The translations under genes and the position numbers were made by a program. From Berkelbacteria bacterium GW2011_GWE1_39_12 (GTDB taxonomy: Bacteria; Patescibacteriota; UBA1384; UBA12157): a stretch of 64,000 nucleotides of DNA. Shown one piece after another: positions 1 to 8,953 of this stretch (position 1 is the stretch's first letter; each line of letters begins with the position of its first letter). Under the pieces are notes generated by a model that did not search any database, was not told the origin of the DNA, and was given only the letters and a program-made list of their open reading frames with translations. The stretch covers positions 268,087 to 332,086 of the forward strand of contig CP011213.1 of assembly GCA_001029735.1 (NCBI GenBank). The letters run 5' to 3'.

Positions 1-75
1 TGTAACGCAAAGGCCACAACCAATACATAAATCTGGATCAACTGTCGGCGTTTTGGCCGTATTTTCTTCTGACAT
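1..75 (-). CDS. Ferredoxin, N-terminal part (runs off window)
   Basis: Manual translation MSEENTAKTPTVDPDLCIGCGLCVT with CxxCxxC Fe-S motif; GGAG SD upstream. Confidence 0.8.
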   Translation of the reverse strand, partial: MSEENTAKTPTVDPDLCIGCGLCVT

Positions 76-129
76 GTTTTCTCCTTATTATTATTTCCCT
101 TCCTTTAGTTTACCTAAAAATAATCTTTT

Positions 130-232
130 TGCAACCTGCAAAAGCATTTGGAGGAATGTGCTGTGTACTCGCAGTGCAACCTGCAAAGACATTTTGGAGG
201 AATGTACTGTGTATTCGCAGTGCAACCTGCAA
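130..232. repeat. Tandem repeat, 45-46 bp unit, about 2.3 copies
   Basis: TGCAACCTGCAA...GGAGGAATGT.CTGTGTA.TCGCAG at 130-174 and 175-220, partial at 221-232. Confidence 0.9.
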
Positions 233-246
233 TAGCGAAATTATAG

Positions 247-993
247 TTAAAAAGCTATTTCTAATAAAAAATACAATATGAAAGAAACGAACCCTCCGGC
301 AACGAGTACTCTTTTTCTGCCGATTCTTAGTGAGGTCGGAATTAACTCATGAAACGAAATAAAAAGCATCGCGCCAGCTGCTATTGAGAGAAATATCGGA
401 TTTAGAAAAGAAAAATAATGTATTAAGATCACACCGAGAATTGCCCCTGAAAGAGTCGATATTCCCGAGAATAATGCTGATTTATAGAAAAATTTGTTAC
501 AATTATATTTTGCAGAAGCAACCGTTAGGACATATCCTTCTGGAATATTATGGATGAAAGTTGCGGCTACCAATAAAAAACCAAGATCTGTTGATGATTC
601 AAATGAGCTGGGGATAGCAAATCCTTCAGGAAAATCATGCAAAATCAAACCGATCGCCAAAAGATAGGACATTCTGACCATACATTTTCCGTCACAGTCT
701 TCAATCGCTTTAACAGAGTGGATATGAGGCAATATTCTATTTATTCCCCAAACTACACATGCGCCGATTGTTACCCAAATCAATGATTTAAATTGAATGA
801 TAGAATAAGCGCCAGGTATCAGTTCAAAAAAAGAAATCAAAATCATAACACCGGCAGCAAAGGCAGTCCCGAAAGCAATATGAGTGGCTGACCTTTTGCC
901 ATGACTCCCAAGGATCACACCCAGCAAAGTAGCCAATCCTGAAAGAAAGGCCAAAACTAACACGGGTAAATTTTTTACGATAAACTCAAACAT
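247..993 (-). CDS. ZIP family (ZupT-like) metal transporter
   Basis: LHDFPEG and IHNIPEG motifs, multiple TM segments; start moved to MFEF because the longer ORF runs through the tRNA. Confidence 0.85.
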   Translation of the reverse strand: MFEFIVKNLPVLVLAFLSGLATLLGVILGSHGKRSATHIAFGTAFAAGVMILISFFELIPGAYSIIQFKSLIWVTIGACVVWGINRILPHIHSVKAIEDCDGKCMVRMSYLLAIGLILHDFPEGFAIPSSFESSTDLGFLLVAATFIHNIPEGYVLTVASAKYNCNKFFYKSALFSGISTLSGAILGVILIHYFSFLNPIFLSIAAGAMLFISFHELIPTSLRIGRKRVLVAGGFVSFILYFLLEIAF

Positions 994-1031
994 GTATGAA
1001 TCAAGCTCTTCTTTTGGTTGACTTTTTTGTT

Positions 1032-1108
1032 TGGCAGCGCGGACGGGATTCGAACCCGTGATCTCCTGGATGAGAACCAGGTATCCTAGGCCTCTAGACG
1101 ACCGCGCC
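1032..1108 (-). tRNA. tRNA-Glu (CTC)
   Basis: Cloverleaf GGCGCGG...CCTGG-TTCTCAT-CCAGG...GGTTCGAATCC...CCGCGCT-GCCA. Confidence 0.95.
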
Positions 1109-1164
1109 ATAAATTATAATTTACTGTAATATTTTTATTTAAGTACCTCTGCTCGATGTCTTCG

Positions 1165-1236
1165 GCCGCTGAAATTTTCTGCTGAATTATGGTCAAATTG
1201 ACATTTGCCGCTGAAATTTTCTGCTGAAAATTATAG
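1165..1236 (+). repeat. Tandem copies (42-bp period) of the bulged-hairpin element
   Basis: GCCGCTGAAATTTTCTGCTGAA(AA)TTAT at 1165 and 1207, separated by GGTCAAAT-TGAC-ATTT. Confidence 0.85.
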
Positions 1237-1239
1237 ACT

Positions 1240-1258
1240 TCTAGACGACCGCGCCATA
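1240..1258 (-). pseudogene. Stranded 5' fragment of tRNA-Glu
   Basis: 19-bp exact copy of 1093-1111. Confidence 0.85.
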
Positions 1259-1376
1259 TGAAGTAATTCTAGCAAAAAAACGATAAAAACTCAATATTAA
1301 TTTGCAGATGAAAAAACCACTAGTTTCCTAGTGGTTAAATATCCCCATATATGTAAGTGACATTTCTACCGTCACT

Positions 1377-1658
1377 TTAGCGATATTGGTAATGTAGATC
1401 CCGGAGAGCTGACTCGGTTTGCCGAAGCAGTTTCTCTGTATCTTCCACGCTTTGCTTGCGTGAAAGATGATAACAGGATCTGACCCGGTCAACATAATAG
1501 GCGCGGCAAAGTTTACAATATGCCATGCCTTTTTTATCGATACAATCATGGCAGAGCTTCTCATGAAGAAGCCCTTTGCCAGCGCAAAGAGCACATTCAC
1601 CGAAATATAATTTGCCTCGGTTCTCTAGTGCCGTCCAAGATGGTATCATCCCTTTCAT
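1377..1658 (-). CDS. Hypothetical Cys-rich (zinc-ribbon-like) protein, stand-alone unit
   Basis: Three CxxC motifs; AGGAGG SD, TTGACA/TACAAT promoter 1709-1736, terminator ~1311-1338. Confidence 0.6.
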   Translation of the reverse strand: MKGMIPSWTALENRGKLYFGECALCAGKGLLHEKLCHDCIDKKGMAYCKLCRAYYVDRVRSCYHLSRKQSVEDTEKLLRQTESALRDLHYQYR

Positions 1659-1822
1659 TAGTCTCCTCCTGTAATACAACTAACGAACTTTCCTAACGTG
1701 CACTTGATATTGTACTCTTTTTTTAAAAAATGTCAATAGATCAAGCCTTCTTTAGCAGAATCTGACTATCAAATACTACAAAAACAAAAGCCGCTGGTTA
1801 AGAACCGGCGGCTGCATGATTG

Positions 1823-2203
1823 TTAGTTGTGCCATGGGGATGGCGGCTGTTCGAGTTTTTCGAACTGTTTGTATTTTTCGAGGAGGCTATGGGCTGAGGA
1901 GATATCGTCACACAACGCAACATACTTGTCCATTTCGCTTATTTTGAAGATCTTTCGAAAATCAGGAGAAACCACAACGATCAGTCGATTTACGTTATGA
2001 TTAATTAACCAAGACATTATCCACTTAACGCAAATTGAATCGCAGTAAGTAGCTTTCGAAAGATCAAAAACCACAGCGGAAACATTACCAATCTCCTTTT
2101 CCTTTTCTCCCATCTGTTCAAGCGACGATATATCGATTTCACCAGTAAGAGTAACTACCGGGATGTCCAGATACTTAGAAATCTCAATACCAAAATTAGC
2201 CAT
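1823..2203 (-). CDS. STAS-domain anti-sigma-factor antagonist
   Basis: VVTLTGEID...VVFDLSKATYCDS STAS pattern; GGAGG SD; terminator ~1787-1813. Confidence 0.75.
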   Translation of the reverse strand: MANFGIEISKYLDIPVVTLTGEIDISSLEQMGEKEKEIGNVSAVVFDLSKATYCDSICVKWIMSWLINHNVNRLIVVVSPDFRKIFKISEMDKYVALCDDISSAHSLLEKYKQFEKLEQPPSPWHN

Positions 2204-2596
2204 CTCATCCTCCTTCTCTGACATGGCTATACTAATAGATCAGAAATCATATTTCATTATAGAAAGAGACAATTTTAATCTTCAGTTTTGTTTTTTGAAA
2301 ACCAAAACAGCATCGGCGAAAATAAAACTTGCCCCTAAACCAATAAAGAAAGCCAAAAAACTATCAAGATTGTCATTCTAATATTCTATAAGCTCAGCGT
2401 ACCGCCAAACGGAATTTTTAATAAATATTTGCCAATACCTGCAAGCCCCGTTTCTTATCACACTATTTATCTTCCATTAACACCACACCTCAAAAATATT
2501 TTCATTAAGCTTTAATCTTTGTCATACGTTTGTCACTTCTTGGTTCTCAGCTCAAGATCAAAACAAAAACAAACCAACATGTGGCTTGTTTTTGTT

Positions 2597-2670
2597 TGGC
2601 TCCGGGACTTGGATTCGAACCAAGATACCTACCTTCAGAGGGTAGTGTCCTGCCGTTAGACGATCCCGGA
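2597..2670 (-). tRNA. tRNA-Gln (CTG)
   Basis: Cloverleaf TCCGGGA...CTACC-CTCTGAA-GGTAG...GGTTCGAATCC...TCCCGGA-GCCA. Confidence 0.95.
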
Positions 2671-2674
2671 ATAA

Positions 2675-3448
2675 TTAATTGCTTTTCCGATAAAGTTCTC
2701 GATACATTTCTAAGGTTGAGGCAAAAAAACCCTCGGCAAATCCAGATACGTTATTTATTTCACCTTGATATTTATTTAAGCCCAAAATTGCATCGTCATA
2801 ATTTCTTGCCTCTAGTTGGCTTACGTTCATCCTCATCGCTTGTTTTTTAGATTCAAACTCTTCGTCAATTGGAACTAGGCGATTGACATAGATCGGGGTC
2901 CAAACTTGATACGCCCAAATTTCCAAATACTGATCAAGTTTATTTAAACTCATCAGAATTTTATTGACCGCTCGATGATCGGGGTGATTATCTAAAAAAG
3001 AAGGCACAAATATTATATCAGGTTTAAACTCCTCAATCAACTTGCTGAGCGCTTTAACTATAATTTTATCAGCTTTTAAATTACCATCTTCGAAACCAAA
3101 AAAAATTTGTTTTCGTATTCCTAAAATTTTAGCTGATTTCTTTACTTCTTTTCTTCTTATTGCTGCAAGTTTTGGATCTTTTTTAGTTCTTCCGTCTGTA
3201 CCAGCCGATCCGTCACAAAAATAAACAACCATGATCTTGCTGCCGTTTTTCGAAAGTTTTTTAAGTGCGCCGCCGATTCCAAAAACCTCATCATCAGGAT
3301 GAGGCGCTAAAACTAAAACTTTTTCATAGAGAAGATCGTTGATTTCTTCGACATGAAAGTTAAATTTAGTGGCGGAAATGAACTTACCAAAACCGACTGC
3401 TTTCCTTAAACTATTGAGAGATAGCAGAATTTGCCACAACTTGTTCAT
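2675..3448 (-). CDS. PIG-L/LmbE family deacetylase
   Basis: APHPDDE and HPDH motifs. Confidence 0.9.
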   Translation of the reverse strand: MNKLWQILLSLNSLRKAVGFGKFISATKFNFHVEEINDLLYEKVLVLAPHPDDEVFGIGGALKKLSKNGSKIMVVYFCDGSAGTDGRTKKDPKLAAIRRKEVKKSAKILGIRKQIFFGFEDGNLKADKIIVKALSKLIEEFKPDIIFVPSFLDNHPDHRAVNKILMSLNKLDQYLEIWAYQVWTPIYVNRLVPIDEEFESKKQAMRMNVSQLEARNYDDAILGLNKYQGEINNVSGFAEGFFASTLEMYRELYRKSN

Positions 3449-4529
3449 AGGTTCTTTCTAACTCGACCATCATATCTTTGATATTAAATCTCAATTTTGC
3501 TTCTTTCTGTGCCATTTCCCCCATTTTTTTCGCCATTGATGGATGCCTTAACATTTCCAATATTGCATCTGAAAGCGTTTCTGAATTCGATGGCTCAACC
3601 AATAGACCGGATTTACCCTCCATCACAACTTCGGGAATACCACCTGTGTTGGTAGCTACAACTGGCAAACCAACATCCATTGCCTGGACCATCGCCAAAC
3701 CAAAACTCTCCGAAAGAGAAGGCTGAACATAAAGGTCAAATTTCTCTAAATACTTAACTGGATTAGGAACAAAACCGGTAAACTTTACATAATTTTTAAG
3801 CTTAAGCTTTTTTACCTGGTCAACTAAATGTCGACGATATTCACCATCACCAATAATTTCTAATCTGATTCCAGGAAATTCCTTAATGACTTTTGGAAGT
3901 GCACCAATTAAATACTGAACTCCTTTTTGCTGATTTAATGTCCCGACGGTCGCCAAAAGAAATTCTTGTTCACTTTGAAAAATCTTGGCCTGATGGCTTG
4001 TAGGCTCAATCCCGTTATATATGACTTTGACTTTTTCATAACGAGAAATACTAGAAGAAACCATAAATTCTTTTACAGCTTCCGAAACAGCAATGTTTAA
4101 TGTTGTAAAAATATCTAAAAACCAATTAGCGCTATAGTGAACAAAGTTCATCCATTTACTCTGCAACTTAAATTGCTTGGTCCAAAGATGTTCAGTGTAA
4201 ATAACTGGTTTATTGGCACCTATCGCTGCCAGTCTCCCTAAGACACCAGCTCGGGTTCCGTGAACATGAATAATTTGCGGATTAGACAGTTTAATTTCTT
4301 TTCTAATACGTCGAATTGCTTCCATATCAAAACGGTCATTCATCGGAATTACTTCCAAATCGATGTGTCGATGTAATTTTCTAATTTCTCCGGCTAGAGG
4401 CCCAGGAGGACAAATGCAGTGAAGCGCAAACTTTTCCGTATCTATGTTTTCCAAAATACCTAAAAGATGACGCGGCGCGCCAGCAAGAGAAGAGTCTCCA
4501 ATAATTTCTAAGATACTAATTTTTTTCAT
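3411..4529 (-). CDS. Glycosyltransferase family 4
   Basis: PSLSESFGLAMVQAM...TNTGGIPE GT-B motif; start set at MKKISIL. Confidence 0.9.
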   Translation of the reverse strand: MKKISILEIIGDSSLAGAPRHLLGILENIDTEKFALHCICPPGPLAGEIRKLHRHIDLEVIPMNDRFDMEAIRRIRKEIKLSNPQIIHVHGTRAGVLGRLAAIGANKPVIYTEHLWTKQFKLQSKWMNFVHYSANWFLDIFTTLNIAVSEAVKEFMVSSSISRYEKVKVIYNGIEPTSHQAKIFQSEQEFLLATVGTLNQQKGVQYLIGALPKVIKEFPGIRLEIIGDGEYRRHLVDQVKKLKLKNYVKFTGFVPNPVKYLEKFDLYVQPSLSESFGLAMVQAMDVGLPVVATNTGGIPEVVMEGKSGLLVEPSNSETLSDAILEMLRHPSMAKKMGEMAQKEAKLRFNIKDMMVELERTYEQVVANSAISQ

Positions 4530-4542
4530 TATAACAATCCTT

Positions 4543-4581
4543 AGAAATTTCCTCGGCAAACAGCAGTTTGCACATAATTTC
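4543..4581 (-). repeat. Bulged-hairpin element copy
   Basis: GAAATTAT-GT-GCAAAC-TGCT-GTTTGC-CGAGG-AAATTTCT on the minus strand. Confidence 0.8.
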
Positions 4582-4605
4582 TAAGATACTAATTTTCTTT
4601 GCCAT
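4574..4605 (-). pseudogene. Stranded 5' end of the GT4 gene (MAKKISILEI)
   Basis: 4574-4596 identical to 4501-4523; its ATG lies 1 nt after the gltX stop. Confidence 0.85.
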
Positions 4606-4606
4606 C

Positions 4607-6109
4607 TTACTTAGAGTTTAGCATATCAATAGCGGTTTTAATACGTTCCAATGTTTCGTTTTTGCCAAAAAATGAAATCAATTCGAAAGTACCCGGGGAG
4701 GCAGCTTTGCCTGAAAGAGCCACGCGAATTGGCCACAAAACCTCCCCTGCCGAAACACCAATGTTTTCAGCCATAGCTCGTAGTAATTGCTCAATCGAGT
4801 CACGAGTAAAATCAACTTCCTCAGTTAAAACTTTGTAAGATTCTTCAAGCGCTTTCAAAGTTATTTCTTTGGTGGATTTTTTAGCAATTAAAAGCTCGGC
4901 GTCATATTCAGGCTTTTTAAAGAAAAATTCTGTCAGCGCTGGTGCTTCAGATAGCTTTTTCATTCGTTCTTGAACCAGACCAATTACGTCTAATAATTTT
5001 TCGTCTTCTTTTTTAACTAAACTGGCTTTTTCCATATAAGGCAAACATCTTTTTGCTAATTCTCCGAGCTCCATTTGACGAATATAATAACCGTTATAAA
5101 AATTTAGTTTTTCCACGTCGAAAACGGCTGGGCTTTTCCCTACTTGTGAAAAATCAAATTCTCCCACTAATTCATCTAACGTAAAAAACTCTTTATTAAT
5201 CTTAGGCCCGCCTGCATCAGCTGTGCTGGAAGCACTGCGGGCAGGCGTCCATCCCAAAAAAGCCATGAAGTTGATTACTGCTTCTGGCAGATATCCTTCG
5301 TCTCGAAAATCGTGAGTTATCGAAGTCGGATTTTTACGTTTGCTCATTTTAGTTCGGTCAGGATTCAATATCATTGGCAAATGGCCATATTCTGGAACTG
5401 GTAAATTCATTGCATCTGCTAACATCAACTGTTTTGGCGTGTTAGCTAAATGATCATCTCCTCGAACTACATGGGAAATTTTCATTTCAGCATCATCGAC
5501 AATGTTGGATATTAAAAAGATCGGATCGCCATTTGGTTTAACGATAACAAAATCGCCAATCAAATTGGAATCAAATTCCATGGGTCCGTGAATCAAATCT
5601 TTCCATTTGATAGTTTTATTTTCCGGCACCTTAAATCGGATTGCCGGTTTTCTACCTTCTGCTTTGCACTTATCAGCATCTTCTTTCGACAAGTTACGGC
5701 ATCGGCCAGAATATTTAGGCGGCAACTTTTTTTCTTCCAATTCCTTGCGTTCTTTATCTAATTCTTCTTGAGTACAATAGCAATAATAGGCAAAACCATC
5801 TTCCACCATCTTTTTGGCAAATCTTTCATAAATAGGAAGTCTTTCGCTTTGGCGGTAAGGACCATACAGATCAGGTGTTTCCGGACCCTCGTCCCAACCC
5901 AAACCAAGCCAAGAAAGTGCTCCTTCAGCGTCTAGTTCATATTCTTCAGTGGACCTCTCACGGTCAGTATCTTCTATTCTCAAAATAAACCGGCCATCAT
6001 GTTTTTTAGCAAACAACCAGTTAAACAAAGCCGTTCTTGCACTACCAAAATGAAATAAGCCTGTAGGTGATGGTGCAATTCTTGTTCGGACTTCTGCATT
6101 ATCTATCAT
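4607..6109 (-). CDS. gltX: Glutamate--tRNA ligase
   Basis: RIAPSPTG, HFGS (HIGH-like) and KMSKR motifs. Confidence 0.97.
   Translation of the reverse strand: MIDNAEVRTRIAPSPTGLFHFGSARTALFNWLFAKKHDGRFILRIEDTDRERSTEEYELDAEGALSWLGLGWDEGPETPDLYGPYRQSERLPIYERFAKKMVEDGFAYYCYCTQEELDKERKELEEKKLPPKYSGRCRNLSKEDADKCKAEGRKPAIRFKVPENKTIKWKDLIHGPMEFDSNLIGDFVIVKPNGDPIFLISNIVDDAEMKISHVVRGDDHLANTPKQLMLADAMNLPVPEYGHLPMILNPDRTKMSKRKNPTSITHDFRDEGYLPEAVINFMAFLGWTPARSASSTADAGGPKINKEFFTLDELVGEFDFSQVGKSPAVFDVEKLNFYNGYYIRQMELGELAKRCLPYMEKASLVKKEDEKLLDVIGLVQERMKKLSEAPALTEFFFKKPEYDAELLIAKKSTKEITLKALEESYKVLTEEVDFTRDSIEQLLRAMAENIGVSAGEVLWPIRVALSGKAASPGTFELISFFGKNETLERIKTAIDMLNSK
5205..5246 (-). repeat. 42-bp palindromic element in frame in gltX
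   Basis: GCCTGCCCGC...GGCGGGCC encoding PARSASSTADAGG; homologous to 49214-49255. Confidence 0.8.
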
Positions 6110-6126
6110 AATTTCCCCATTAAATT

Positions 6127-6480
6127 TTATGATTCCTCGACCGCATTTACAATGTGTGTGATGCTTTCATTTTCCACATTTATAGCCACCACGTCAATTC
6201 TGACCGAATGACTAGGATAAAGTTGCCAAAGAGCTTTAGCTAATTGAACCAACTTTTTCTTTTTAAAAAAATCTACCATATCTTGTGGTGAGCCAAATTC
6301 ATCATTGGTTTTTGTTTTTACTTCACAAATCACGAGATCATCGCCGTCTTCCATCAATAAATCGATTTCGCCACAAACAAGCCGCAAATTCTTTTTGACA
6401 AATTTATAGCCCTTTTTTACCAAATATTCTTTGGCGAGTTCTTCACCTTCGTTACCTAAACTTTTGCTTTGAAAAGTCAT
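6127..6480 (-). CDS. YraN family endonuclease (UPF0102)
   Basis: GxxGExxAxxYL, GEIDL, EVKTK. Confidence 0.9.
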   Translation of the reverse strand: MTFQSKSLGNEGEELAKEYLVKKGYKFVKKNLRLVCGEIDLLMEDGDDLVICEVKTKTNDEFGSPQDMVDFFKKKKLVQLAKALWQLYPSHSVRIDVVAINVENESITHIVNAVEES

Positions 6481-6532
6481 TAATTCTTCCTAACGAGAGA
6501 TAGAGTTATAAAAGAATAAACCGAGATCGATC

Positions 6533-7075
6533 TTACTTAGCTTCAGGAGTTTCAGCTGGCTTTTCTTCTGTTGCTTCTTCTATATGAGAGGCGACCGCCT
6601 GTTCAAATTTATCTTTTAGCTTAGCTTCTTCTTCGGCTTTTTGAGCTGCTTTTGCTTCTGCTAATTTAGCTTTTTCAGCTTCAATTTTGGCGACTTCTTC
6701 TTCTCCCATCGCCTCTTCCCAAAGCCCATAGCTCTTAATTTCAGACTTTCTCTTTTTCTTTTTGCCAATTAAGTCGCGTAGAAAATAAAGTTTTGCTCGA
6801 GAGACCTTCACGGATTTAACTTTTTCAAATTTAGTAATAAGTGGCGAATGTAGTGGAAATGTTCTTTCAACACCTATACCGCTGGAGATTTTGCGGACCT
6901 TAACGGAACCGTCTAAGCCTTTACCGTGCTTTAAACCAATACACATACCTTCAAAAATCTGAATACGGGTTTTATTACCTTCAGTGATTTTGAAATGAAC
7001 TTTAATGGTGTCACCCGGACGAATTTCCGGAACATTTTGCTTGCCGAATTTTTTGATTAAATTTTCTGTCTGCAT
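6533..7075 (-). CDS. rplS: 50S ribosomal protein L19 with charged C-terminal extension
   Basis: PGDTIKV, RIQIFEG, GVERTFP, RAKLYFLR. Confidence 0.97.
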   Translation of the reverse strand: MQTENLIKKFGKQNVPEIRPGDTIKVHFKITEGNKTRIQIFEGMCIGLKHGKGLDGSVKVRKISSGIGVERTFPLHSPLITKFEKVKSVKVSRAKLYFLRDLIGKKKKRKSEIKSYGLWEEAMGEEEVAKIEAEKAKLAEAKAAQKAEEEAKLKDKFEQAVASHIEEATEEKPAETPEAK

Positions 7076-7218
7076 TTTTACTCTATTATTTTTTATTAAA
7101 TTCTTATTTTTATTTATTTTAAATTCTTATTCTTACAACTAATTTTAACACAATTCAATTGTTCTGTCCACACCTTAAGAAATAAGGGCGGCGGATCGCG
7201 TATTTTTACAATCCGCCG

Positions 7219-7944
7219 CTAATTAAATATGGACATAACCTGTCCAGTAAACGCTCGAATAAACTTCAAGAAAAACGAATTACTCGAAGGTTTTTCGATG
7301 TCTTTCTCGGCTCTCACCGGTGTGAAACGGGCGACCTTTCGGACAAGGACAGACACTAAATCCATCTCTGTTCCGGCCAAGATTCGACTAACTGTTTCTG
7401 ATGCCAAATCAAGGCAGGTCATCACTAGCGGATCGACAGACGGGCCCAAGTCATGCATCAGCCAAAGCTTGGTCGATACTTTCTTCTTCGTCCAGACCGA
7501 TGGAAGAACAGTACCTTGAAATGATACAACTGAATCACCGCCTTGGCTTAAACGAATCGAATCAAGCACGAAGCGGCTAGAAGCGATTGTCAGATATTCA
7601 ATCGCTCTGGGAATGTCGAAATTATCGATTGCATCATCTTTACTAACACCATTAGTAATATAGTAATACGATCTTCTGTATTCAGATGGTAGTCTTTCCA
7701 CTATTGAATAGATTGTCTCTTGGACTTTTTGCAAATGACTTTCAGAAAAGATCATATTTCGGTCTGATTCAACCGATACTATCATTCTATAAGGCATTCC
7801 AGGATCAAAACCCTCTTGCCATTCACCCGGATAATCACGAAGCAGTTTAATTATCGGCGCACGATTTATCAGACGCCTTGATTTTGCTGCATAGCAAATT
7901 ATCGGTTGAGATGCTATCACATCTTCTGCGACCATCTTTTTCAC
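7219..7944 (-). CDS. Hypothetical protein
   Basis: 241-aa ORF with GGGGG SD-like sequence and a downstream hairpin. Confidence 0.6.
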   Translation of the reverse strand: MKKMVAEDVIASQPIICYAAKSRRLINRAPIIKLLRDYPGEWQEGFDPGMPYRMIVSVESDRNMIFSESHLQKVQETIYSIVERLPSEYRRSYYYITNGVSKDDAIDNFDIPRAIEYLTIASSRFVLDSIRLSQGGDSVVSFQGTVLPSVWTKKKVSTKLWLMHDLGPSVDPLVMTCLDLASETVSRILAGTEMDLVSVLVRKVARFTPVRAEKDIEKPSSNSFFLKFIRAFTGQVMSIFN

Positions 7945-8009
7945 CCCCTTTGCATGAAGAGAGGGGACGGCGCATCGCCGTCCCCTTTTTCGCTGGATCG
8001 CTATAGGAT

Positions 8010-8363
8010 CTACTTACTTAGTCGAAGGCCGACCAGACCATCGTACTTACGTACATGGTCTGCAACATCGGCTGCGTAGAGTTCACTAGAACTCGTGTAG
8101 TTTGTTGAAAACGCTGCGTTCACCTGAGTGATCGCACTGGCTGACCTTCTTGACCTCTCGTCTGAGATCATTTGTCCTTGTCTCGGATCTTGGCTTTTGT
8201 CTCCATGACTTATTGGCTGTATCCAGAAACCAGATTTTTCTCGACTGTAAATTCCATCCTTCATAATCTTCCTCACTTCATCGTTCGTAAAATGCAAAAT
8301 ACATTGTAAATGCTAAACGACGAAGCGAGTCACGGTCCCATTTTTTCTTCCATGCTGACGCAT
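8010..8363 (-). pseudogene. Orphan gene interrupted by in-frame TAG (8313-8315)
   Basis: SD plus ATG at 8363 is in frame with ORF 8010-8297; a single amber codon at codon 17. Confidence 0.5.
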
Positions 8364-8497
8364 AGACCCCCTTCCTGTCAGATTGCTCCCCTTGTTGTTT
8401 TTCAACGTGCGACCGATCTTGTGTCGGTCTATACCACAGTCATGTCAGATAAAGCCAAGGCCCCCTTGACCTTAGGTTCGATCTGAATGCTTTATAT

Positions 8498-8770
8498 TTA
8501 CTTAACAGAAATAAAAGACTTTTGAATTTTCATACCAGAAAAACGTTTGACTGCTTTTTTCTCGAAAGAAACAGTCCCCGCTTTTTTGGCATATAGAGTA
8601 TCATCTTCGCCTTGACCGACGTTTTCACCAGCATAGAACTTACTGCCGCGTTGTCGAATCAAAATCTGGCCAGCGAGGGTTTTTGCGCCACCAAAAATCT
8701 TAACGCCTAAGCGCTTTGCCTGACTATCGCGACCTAATTTAGATGTACCCTTGGCTTTTGTATGTGCCAT
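8498..8770 (-). CDS. rpmA: 50S ribosomal protein L27
   Basis: MAHTK...[12 protein letters not shown]...RQRG. Confidence 0.97.
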   Translation of the reverse strand: MAHTKAKGTSKLGRDSQAKRLGVKIFGGAKTLAGQILIRQRGSKFYAGENVGQGEDDTLYAKKAGTVSFEKKAVKRFSGMKIQKSFISVK

Positions 8771-8953
8771 ATTGAACTCCAAACTCGTAATCCGCCAAAC
8801 GGCGAAATTTATAAATATTTTTTAGAAAAAACTCACAAACGATATCTCAATTAAATCATATTTGCCCTCTGTTGTCAAGAAATAGTAAATCTTATTTACC
8901 CATGTTAATATATTCATATACGTTATGCCAAATAAATACATCGCTAATTTTTT

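Noticed and set aside
130-232. Possible CRISPR array
   Set aside because: Units are contiguous tandem copies with no unique spacers, and no cas gene is in the window.
994-1110. N-terminal extension of the ZIP ORF in the track
   Set aside because: It reads through tRNA-Glu; the real start is more likely 993.
6533-6760. Long charged tails on L19 (and on S6 at ~30040-30360)
   Set aside because: Such extensions are common in CPR ribosomal proteins.
8313-8315. Stop-codon recoding in this genome
   Set aside because: Core genes translate fully in code 11, and TAA, TAG and TGA all serve as stops.
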